Below are positions 25,120 to 34,797 of a stretch of DNA of 64,000 nt, in pieces. Within the stretch, counting starts at the first letter, position 1, and every line of letters begins with the position of its first letter. The notes beneath the pieces are model-generated. The model was not told the origin of the DNA and did not search any database. It was given only the letters and a program-made list of their open reading frames with translations. Source of the DNA: Eledone cirrhosa (lineage: Eukaryota); the NCBI GenBank assembly GCA_964016885.1, contig OZ024744.1:117738001-117802000 (forward strand), given 5' to 3'. The position numbers and the translations under genes were made by a program.

Positions 25120-25356
25120 GAAAGATTTGAATGGATACAGTTTAGTTGAAAGGAATTTATTGACACGTGTTTCTATAACAGTTACATAACCTAAAACAGC
25201 TATCTACAAACTTTTAGTTATGCAGACATTCAATATTTCAATGTTATTATTTACTGTCATTTCATCAGAATAATATTACTGAGGACCTATTTAGTTTTTA
25301 TAGAGAATATTAGGAGGGAGTGTAATATTTATATTACAACACAACGGAAAATACTG
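25120..25356 (-). mobile_element. Short hammerhead-bearing insert (solo PLE pLTR-like)
   Basis: AT-rich unique 240 bp between TA tracts, containing the motif at 25157-25273. Confidence 0.6.
25157..25273 (-). ncRNA. Minimal type I hammerhead with a greatly extended helix II loop
   Basis: TTATT-CTGATGA-A ATGACAGT [about 70 nt] ACTGTTAT A-GAAA-CACGTG-TC^-AATAA; palindrome ACACGTGT; GUC triplet. Confidence 0.75.
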
Positions 25357-25896
25357 TATATGTATATATATATGTATATATATGTATATATGTATATATA
25401 TGTATATATATGTATATATGTATATATGTATATATATATATATATGTATATATATGTATATATATGTATATATATATATATATGTATATATATGTATATA
25501 TATGTATATATATATATATATGTATATATATGTATATATATATATATATGTATATATATGTATATATATGTATATATATGTGTATATGTGTATATATATG
25601 TGTATATGTGTATATATATGTGTATATGTGTATATATATGTGTGTATATGTATATATATGTGTATATATGTATATATATGTGTATATGTGTATATATATG
25701 TGTATATATGTATATATATGTGTATATATGTATATATATGTGTATATATGTATATATATATGTGTATATATGTATATATATGTGTATATATGTATATATA
25801 TGTGTATATATGTATATATATGTGTATATATGTATATATGTATATATATGTATGTATATATATATATGTTTGTATGTATATATATATATATATATA
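25357..25896. repeat. Degenerate (TA)n/(TG)n microsatellite
   Basis: Direct reading. Confidence 0.97.
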
Positions 25897-26353
25897 TACG
25901 ATATTAAATAAATGGAAACTATATTTATAAAACCATATTTATTTCATTATATATATTTCAGGGATATCATATTAACAATATGCTATGCCTTCCTCAGACA
26001 AAATACAATATAAACAGTTTTATAGATAAATAGATTTGACATACCGTACAGCATCGACTTGTATTTAAAAAGTCTCCACCTCAACCACTGCCTTTTCAAA
26101 TACAAGTCGATGTTGTACGGTATGTCAAATCTATTTATCTATAAAACTGTTTATATTGTATTTTGTCTGAGGAAGGCATAGCATATTGTTAATATGATAT
26201 CCCTGAAATATATATAATGAAATAAATATGGTTTTATAAATATAGTTTCCATTTATTTAATATCGTAAATATACTCCAAATACTTGTCGAGTGCTTTTAT
26301 ATCAGTTATAAATATTTACTAGTTGTAACCCAACAATTTAAATATAACTTTCC

Positions 26354-26356
<3 letters not shown>
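25897..26356 (+). mobile_element. Fold-back PLE pLTR-like insert (176-bp arms, 19-nt loop)
   Basis: 25897-26072 is the reverse complement of 26092-26267 with 2 mismatches. The right arm continues to 26356. Each arm carries a hammerhead. Confidence 0.8.
26159..26224 (+). ncRNA. Minimal type I hammerhead (mirror copy on - at 25940-26005)
   Basis: TATTTTGT-CTGAGGA-AGG c ATA g CATATT gtt AATATG a TAT c CCT-GAAA-TATATA-TA^-ATGAAATA; helix I of 8 bp with two G.U pairs; palindrome ATATATAT. Confidence 0.78.
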
Positions 26357-26384
<28 letters not shown>

Positions 26385-26387
<3 letters not shown>

Positions 26388-28055
26388 TCTTTTACTCTCT
26401 TACCTGTTTCAGCCATCCGGCTGAGGCCATGCTGGGTCACCGCCCTTGTTGCTACACATTTTATCTCCAGCCTGTATAGGTTGGCCACTGCTGTAGGAGG
26501 AAGTTCGTTGTTTCTGCCCTTAGGTTTCCCTCGTGTCTTGCTGTGGGCTCATCCAGGATCCTGGATAGCAAGGTGTCGAAATGTTTCTTCAAGACATCCA
26601 CGTCCACGTCATGCAGATCTCTCAGATTCCTCGGCAGCCTGTTGAAGAGTTGAGGGCCCTTGAACCCCAAGCTATTGCAATATCTGCTCCTTATTCTAGA
26701 TGTGGAAGAAGGGACCTTTGGTGCCACACAGTGACATCCTGTTCGACGGTTGGTCCAGCTCCCAGTGCCAAAGTTTGGTGCTAGTCCCTCCAGGATGTTC
26801 CACATGTAGATCACTGTGTATCTCTCCCGTCTTCGCTCCAAGGAGTAGAGGTTCAGTTCTTTTAGCCTCTCCCAGTAGCTTATCTCCTTCATCATCGCAA
26901 TCTTCTTGGAGTAGCTTCGGTGGATTGACTCAAGCTCCGTGGTTAGTTTGACAGTATGGGGTGACCACAGCTGGGAACAGTAGTCCAGGCGGCTTAGGAC
27001 AAATGTCCTCCATAGTGTCAACATGGTGTCTCGGTCTCTTGTCCGGAAAGTCCTCAAGATCCAGCTAGCGAGTCGTCTGCACATTGTCGACTCTTTCATG
27101 TGTGATGAAAAAGATGCATCATCGCTCATGTCTATACCCAGGTCTCGTATCAATTTTGACATGGGAATATCGGTCCCTCCTAGTCCAGTGTAACTGTGTT
27201 GTACTGTATTTGTGTTTGCAGGTTTGTATTGTAGGGCTTGTAATTTGCCAGCATTAAACTACATGTTGTCTTCCACACATTTGTATATTGGCATCCAGAT
27301 CTTGTTGTAAAAGGGCGTCAGCCGGGTTTTTGATTGCCTGTGCTATCTTAGTGTCATCAGCAGAGCTAGTAAGGGATGTTGTTGTATATACTACAGAGGG
27401 CATGTCTGAGAGAGTCATCAAAAACAGTAGTGGTCCCAGGACTGTGCCTTGGGGCACCCCACTTGTTATTGATATTTCCTTTTAGAGGGCCCCATTTGCT
27501 GCGACTGCCTGGCTTCTGTCCCTTAGGAAGCCATGCAGCCACTCACCTACTTTTCCAGTTATGCCGAGTCCGTGTAGTTTGTGACATATCATTCCGTGGT
27601 TGACCTTGTCAAAGGCCTTCGCAAAGTCAAGATATATCACGTCCACATGTGAGCTGTCTAGTAGTTGTCTTAGTTCTTGGCCTCCGCTCTGCTACCTCCT
27701 TTATGGATAGGGCATATTGTGCCTTCTTTCAGCTCCCTGGGTAGTACACCGCTAGCCAAGGAGCTTCTGAAGAGCATCTTCAGTGGAGTTGCTAAGGCCC
27801 GCTTACATGTTTTTAAGAAGTCTGCTGGGAATCCATCAGGTCCAGCAGCCGAGTCTGTTCTAATTTCATCAATGGCGTACACCACATCCTCCTCCGTTAT
27901 GTCTATGTGGTTGATGGTTGCCATTTCCTCATGTAGTGTTGTGGCATCAAAGAACTCCTCTGGCTTCATTATTTGCATGTGCCTCAGTGGACATGTGAAC
28001 ACACTTTTGTACTGTTCGTTCAGTATTTCACTTATCTCTTGGGGATTCTCGGTCA
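26385..28055 (-). mobile_element. Decayed CR1/L2-group LINE fragment
   Basis: SAAGPDG, PIHKGG, YLDFAKAFDKV, GVPQGTVLGPLLF, ADDTK and LYSLERRRERY spread over several frames; internal deletion near 27670; (TAAAAGAG)-like tail. Confidence 0.88.
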
Positions 28056-28287
28056 ATATATATATATGTTTATTTATGTAATAAACTACTGATAAATATA
28101 TCAGAAAGCCAGTACAATGCGGTAGAAATATAGAAAGGGTAAAGTATGACAAATAAAACAAGTAATGTTTTAGCCAGTATATTTCAACATATTTCAGGGT
28201 AATAACTCCTTTTTCAAATGTGAAATGAAAATGGGTCAAAACAATGGCTCAATCTTGATTTGTCTTTTTTTTTCTAACTTTTTTCAG

Positions 28288-28558
28288 GTTATGGTTTCCT
28301 GTTAACAGATGGAGAGTAAAAGAACTAAAGAATCATTATTGGATTGTGGCTAGTCTGCTATGTTAAACCATGTCATCTTCATCTCCACCTCAACCACTGC
28401 CACCCTCACCTTCATCACCGTCCAATCTTCAGACCACTAATCAGTTATCAGCTGTTGTTAATGACCACTGCTTCCAGTTGGTCACTGAATTCTCTTCAAT
28501 ACCACTTATGCAGGGCAACAGACTTGCACCTTCACAGAACTTCCCTGATAACACTCCT

Positions 28559-28589
<31 letters not shown>

Positions 28590-29486
28590 TTAGCCTCACT
28601 TCAAATATCTTTACAATTCCTTTGACCACCTCAGCTGGACTGGCTTATGCTTTGACTGAAAATAACAAAATTGGTATACAGCGCCTCATAAAACCGAAAA
28701 ATATTTTGGATAAAGATGCAAACAGCAACAATAACAGCAGCAGCAGCAGCACAAACAACAGCAATAACAACAACAGCAACAATGTGACGTCTCAGAAACA
28801 AGATTCCCATCCACAGAGTCATAGACTTTTGGTAGATTCTAACAGTGTGGCGGCAGTGGTAGCAGCAGCAGCAGCAGCAGCTAACATGAACCAAGTCCAA
28901 AATCTAAATGGATCCCAGTTCCAGAAATTTAGTTTTAACCCTGGGAGGCTTCTCAAAGATCAACAGCAACAACAACTCCAAGGAGAGATAACTATGTCAC
29001 ACCAGGAAGACAAATCATCACCATCATCATCAGCAACATCATCATCATCATCTACATTGCCCATCACATTTGCTCCCGATCAATCTCAACAGCAGCAGCA
29101 CGTCAGTATGACCCCGATAGCCACACCGTCGACAGTAGTAGCAGCAGCAGTAACAAATATTGTCACACCAGCAGCAACGGCAGCAGTAAATGTCGCTGTC
29201 CAACCCGTCAGCTCTCAGAACAACAACAACAACACCAACACCACCACCACCACCACCACCAACACCACCAACACCAACAACACCACGACCAGCAGCAGCA
29301 ACAACAACAACTCTATACAATACCAGTCACCTTCAGCTCCCACCGTTGCCGCCACTACTAACACGACCACTACTGCTGCTGCTGCTGCTAACCAAGGGGC
29401 AACAAATGATACTATGTTAAGCGCCACCATTAACTATAATGACAATGAAATGCTGACAGAAGGAACCTTTGATGAAGGAATATTAG
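28288..29486 (+). other. Host gene exon (5' UTR part plus first coding segment)
   Basis: Polypyrimidine tract with CTAAC branch point and TTTTCAG acceptor ending at 28287; AG|GTAATT donor after 29486. Confidence 0.7.
28370..29486 (+). CDS. N-terminal 372 codons of an unidentified host protein; low-complexity, likely disordered (poly-N/Q/S/T/A)
   Basis: ACCATG preceded by an in-frame TAA; 1.1 kb open frame in which the repeats are trinucleotide and frame-preserving; phase-1 donor just before the stop. No recognisable domain. Confidence 0.72.
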
Positions 29487-29546
29487 GTAATTATTAAAAC
29501 AAAATTTCATTGGCATTTCTTTTTGATACTGTTGTTATTGTTATTG

Positions 29547-29765
29547 GCAATATCGGTAGAGCGTCGGACACTGTGCTTTGTATCATAGAGTTACGTCCCT
29601 TTATGTTTTGTGTTCAAACCTCGCCAAGGTTAGCTTTGCCTTTCATCCTTACAGATTCAATAAAATAAAGTACCAGTAATACACTGGTGTTGATTTAATC
29701 GACTTTCTCCCTCCCCTTCAAATTGTTGGCCTTGTACCTAAAGTAGAAACAATTATTATTATTTT
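29547..29765 (+). mobile_element. Diverged SINE with a Nin/Deu-like central domain
   Basis: B-box-like GTTCAAACC, CTTTGCCTTTCATCCTT...ATAAAATAAAGTACCAG motif (family recalled, not searched) and (ATT)n tail. Confidence 0.65.
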
Positions 29766-29769
29766 ATTT

Positions 29770-30135
29770 GCTCAGCCTCTAATGCTGGAGATGTGTTACT
29801 GTGTCTGTTATTCACTGCCAGTGAACTGAGATAACCCCTCTTATTTTTCAAGCTACTTCCAGAATATTCTATTCCAAGCAATACTGTTTTATGCAAGTGC
29901 TCCACCTGTTTTACAACCACTATTTCTTTAATGCTACTATTCCCAGGACCTCAACTATTACTGGTATTACTCCCACCTTTTTCAGTGACCACTTAATCTT
30001 CCAAGCTAACCTGTTGTATCTATTAACTTTCCCTTCTTTATCACATAGCTTGTTATCAGCTAGAGTGGCTATATCTATGATCCAACACTACTTTCTTTCT
30101 CAATGTCTGGTCTACTATGCTCCATCTCATGGAGA
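29770..30135 (-). mobile_element. Decayed 3' end of an R4/Dong-type LINE (restriction-like endonuclease)
   Basis: Minus-strand translation with frameshifts: EHSRPDI...CWIIDIA..D...KE..RYNRLAWKI..WSLKKVGVIPVIVEVLG...EHLHKTVLLG. Confidence 0.65.
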
Positions 30136-30403
30136 AACCATCATTATTATTGTTGCTGTGCTGGTGGTGTTTGTTGTTATTGCTATTGTGATTGTTGCGT
30201 TTATTGTTGAGGTTTCTGCTAGGCCCCAAATGCTAAGTACACTTCCTGTATTTGTCTCACTAAGAAGAATACATCAGTAGTGCCTCTCTCAGGCAAAAAG
30301 CTAAACTGTATCTCATCTACATTAATTCTGTCCCTAATCAACTTAGCTATCAATTCTGCAACCTTCAAAACCTCATCTAACAATTTGATGTCTCTCTAAT
30401 TAA

Positions 30404-31173
30404 CTCTCTCTAGTGTGTCACCTTGTAGCAGCTGACAATGACACTGTTACACCAGTTGTGACTCTCTCTAGTATCTCCCTGTAGCAGTTGACAATGATAC
30501 TGTTACACCAGTTGTGTCTCTCTCTAGTGTGTCACCTTGTAGCAGCTGACAATGACACTGTTACACCAGTTGTGACTCTCTCTAGTGTCTCCCTGTAACA
30601 GTTGACAATGACACTGTTACACCAGCCGTGTCTCTCCAGTGTGTCTCCCTGTAACAGTTGACAATGACACTGTTACACCAGTTGTGTCTCTCCAGTGTGT
30701 CTCCCAGTAACAGTTGACAATGACACTGTTACACCAGTTGTGTCTCTCCCTAGTGTCTCCCTGTAACAGTTGACAATGACACTGTTACACCAGCCGTGTC
30801 TCTCCAGTGTGTCTCCCTGTAACAGTTGACAATGACACTGTTACACCAGTTGTCTCACTAGTGTCTCCCTGTAACAGTTGACAATGACACTGTTACACCA
30901 GCCGTGTCTCTCCAGTGTGTCTCCCAGTAACAGTTGACAATGACACTGTTACACCAGTTGTGTCTCTCCCTAGTGTCTCCCTGTAACAGTTGACAATGAC
31001 ACTGTTACACCAGTTGTGTCTCTCTCCAGTGTGTCTCCCAGTAACAGTTGACAATGACACTGTTACACTAGTTGTGTCTCTCTCTAGTGTCTCCCTGTAA
31101 CAGTTGACAATGACACTGTTACACCAGTTGTGTCTCTCTCTAGTTTGTCTCCTCTATCCCTGTAGCAGTTGAC
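30404..31173. repeat. Minisatellite, about 56-bp unit, about 13-14 copies
   Basis: Unit approximately CTCTCTAGTGTCTCCCTGTAACAGTTGACAATGACACTGTTACACCAGTTGTGT, with an internal inverted repeat TGTAACAGT/ACTGTTACA. Confidence 0.95.
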
Positions 31174-31185
31174 TATATATATATA

Positions 31186-31430
31186 AACGACCATCCAACA
31201 AGCACCCAGTCCACCCTCTTAGATGGTTGTTTTGGTGCCATGATATAATGCACTCAATCCAAGCTTTAACATGGTTGGTATTAGGAAGGGCATCCAACTG
31301 TGGAAACGGAGATATAATAGAATTCCATATGAGCAAGACATGGTCACCTGATCTGACTTGTCCCATAATGACAACCTGTCTAACCCAGGTGGGGAAATAT
31401 TAGACATTAATGAGTGGTGATGAGGATAAT
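31186..31430 (+). mobile_element. Old copy of the RTE 3'-UTR/SINE module
   Basis: GGTTGGTATTAGGAAGGGCATCCAACTG...ACAACCTGTCTAACCCA aligns to the reverse complement of 34800-35050; decayed (ATG) tail. Confidence 0.7.
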
Positions 31431-31573
31431 ATGTGTATGTATGTGTCAGATAATAATCATATGGCTCTATGGTAGCTCTATGCGAGTATTGAAGATAAAA
31501 ATCCATACACATACATTTAAACGTATATATACAAACGTACATCTCTCACACACACACATATATATATTTGATA

Positions 31574-31699
31574 TGGTTAGAGCTTCGGGCTTATACAATC
31601 GAAAGATCGTGAGTTTGATTCTTGGACCTGGTGATGTGTTGTGTTCTTGAACAAGACACTTTATTTCACGTTGCCCCAGTTTACTCAGCTCTAGAAATG
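31574..31699 (+). mobile_element. 5' half (tRNA head plus CORE) of the SINE that hosts the satellite
   Basis: Aligns colinearly (roughly 80% by eye) with the head of the SINE at 10724-10580 up to ...CAGCT.TAGAAATGAG, then runs directly into the first satellite unit. Confidence 0.85.
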
Positions 31700-34600
31700 A
31701 GTTGTGATGTCACTGGTGTCAAACTGTATCAGACATTACCTTTCTCTTGGACAACATCATATATAATATATATAGTATATATAGTTTTGATGTCACTGGT
31801 GTCAAACTGTATCAGACATTACCTTTCCCTTGGACAACATCATATATAATATATATAGTATATATATAGTTGTGATGTCACTGGTACAAAGCTGTATCAG
31901 ACATTACCTTTCCCTTGGACAACATCATATATAATATATATATAGTATATATATAGTTGTGATGTCACTGGTACCAAGCTGTATCAGACATTACCTTTCC
32001 CTTGGACAACATCATATATAATATATATAGTATATATATAGTTGTGATGTCACTGGTACCAAGCTGTATCAGATATTACCTTTCTCTTGGACAACATCAT
32101 ATATATAATATATATATAGTATATATATAGTTGTGATGTCACTGGTACCAAGCTGTATCAGACATTACCTTTCCCTTGGACAACATCATATATAATATAT
32201 ATAGTATATATATAGTTGTGATGTCACTGGTACCAAGCTGTATCAGACATTACCTTTCTCTTGGACAACATCATATATAATATATATATAGTATATATAT
32301 AGTTGTGATGTCACTGGTACCAAGCTGTATCAGACATTACCTTTCCCTTGGACAACATCATATATAATATATATATAGTATATATATAGTTGTGATGTCA
32401 CTGGTACCAAGCTGTATCAGACATTACCTTTCTCTTGGACAACATCATATATAATATATATATAGTATATATATAGTTGTGATGTCACTGGTACCAAGCT
32501 GTATCAGACATTACCTTTCCCTTGGACAACATCATATATAATATATATAGTATATATATAGTTGTGATGTCACTGGTACCAAGCTGTATCAGACATTACC
32601 TTTCTCTTGGACAACATCATATATAATATATATATAGTATCTATAGAGTTGTGATGTCACTGGTACCAAGCTGTATCAGATATTACCTTTCTCTTGGACA
32701 ACATCATATATATAATATATATATAGTATATATATAGTTGTGATGTCACTGGTACCAAGCTGTATCAGACATTACCTTTCCCTTGGACAACATCATATAT
32801 AATATATATAGTATATATATAGTTGTGATGTCACTGGTACCAAGCTGTATCAGACATTACCTTACCCTTGGACAACATCATATATAATATATATATAGTA
32901 TATATATATAGTTGTGATGTCACTGGTACCAAGCTGTATCAGACATTACCTTTCCCTTGGACAACATCATATATAATATATATAGTATATATATAGTTGT
33001 GATGTCACTGGTGCCAAGCTGTATCAGACATTACCTTTCTCTTGGACAACATCATATATATAATATATATATAGTATATATATAGTTGTGATGTCACTGG
33101 TACCAAGCTGTATCAGACATTACTTTTCTCTTGGACAACATCATATATAATATATATAGTATATATATAGTTGTGATGTCACTGGTACCAAGCTGTATCA
33201 GACATTACCTTTCCCTTGGACAACATCATATATAATATATATAGTATATATATAGTTGTGATGTCACTGGTACCAAGCTGTATCAGACATTACCTTTCCC
33301 TTGGACAACATCATATATAATATATATAGTATATATATAGTTGTGATGTCACTGGTACCAAGCTGTATCAGACATTACCTTTCTCTTGGACAACATCATA
33401 TATAATATATATATAGTATATATATAGTTGTGATGTCACTGGTACCAAGCTGTATCAGACATTACCTTTCTCTTGGACAACATCATATATAATATATATA
33501 TATAGTATATATATAGTTGTGATGTCACTGGTACCAAGCTGTATCAGACATTACCTTTCCCTTGGACAACATCATATATAATATATATATAGTATATATA
33601 TAGTTGTGATGTCACTGGTACCAAGCTGTATCAGACATTACCTTTCCCTTGGACAACATCATATAATATATATATATAGTATATATATAGTTGTGATGTC
33701 ACTGGTACCAAGCTGTATCAGATATTACCTTTCTCTTGGACAACATCATATATAATATATATAGTATATATATAGTTGTGACGTCACTGGTACCAAGCTG
33801 TATCAGACATTACCTTTCCCTTGGACAACATCATATATAATATATATAGTATATATATATAGTTGTGATGTCACTGGTACCAAGCTGTATCAGACATTAC
33901 CTTTCCCTTGGACATCATATATATAATATATATATAGTATATATATAGTTGTGATGTCACTGGTACCAAGCTGTATCAGACATTACCTTTCCCTTGGACA
34001 GCATCATATATAATATATATAGTATATATATAGTTGTGATGTCACTGGTACCAAGCTGTATCAGACATTACCTTTCCCTTGGACAGCATCATATATATTA
34101 TATATATATATAGTATATATATAGTTGTGATGTCACTTGTACCAAGCTGTATCAGACATTACCTGTCCCTTGGACAGCATCATATATATAATATATATAT
34201 AGTATATATATAGTTGTGATGTCACTGGTACCAAACTGTATCAGACATTACCTTTCCCTTGGACAACATCATATATAATATATATATATATTATATATAT
34301 AGTTGTGATGTCACTGGTACCAAGCTGTATCAGACATTACCTTTCTCTTGGACATCATATATAATATATATAGTATATATATAGTTGTGATGTCACTGGT
34401 ACCAAGCTGTATCAGACATTACCTTTCCCTTGGACAACATCATATATAATATATATAGTATATATATAGTTGTGATGTCACTGGTACCAAGCTGTATCAG
34501 ACATTACCTTTCCCTTGGACAACATCATATATAATATATATAGTATATATATAGTTGTGGTGTCACTGGTACCAAGCTGTATCAGACATTACCTTTCCCT

Positions 34601-34797
34601 TGGACAACATCATATATTATATATATAGTATATATATAGTTGTGATGTCACTGGTACCAAGCTGTATCAGACATAAACTTTCCCTTGGACAACATCATAT
34701 ATAATATATATAGTATATAGTATATATATAGTTGTGATGTCACTGGTACCAAGCTGTATCAGACATTACCTTTCTCTTGGACAACATCATATATAAT

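Noticed and set aside
28086-28114. CTGATAA...GAAA motif on the + strand
   Set aside because: C3-A8 mismatch and no proper helix II or III.
28180-28227. Minus-strand UUGAAAA..GAAA hammerhead-like relic
   Set aside because: Helix III and the cleavage triplet cannot form together with helix I; at most an eroded remnant, so not called.
29891-30280. 129-aa ORF with a hydrophobic stretch
   Set aside because: Antisense to the R4-type relic plus (GTT/ATT)n repeats; no splice or homology support.
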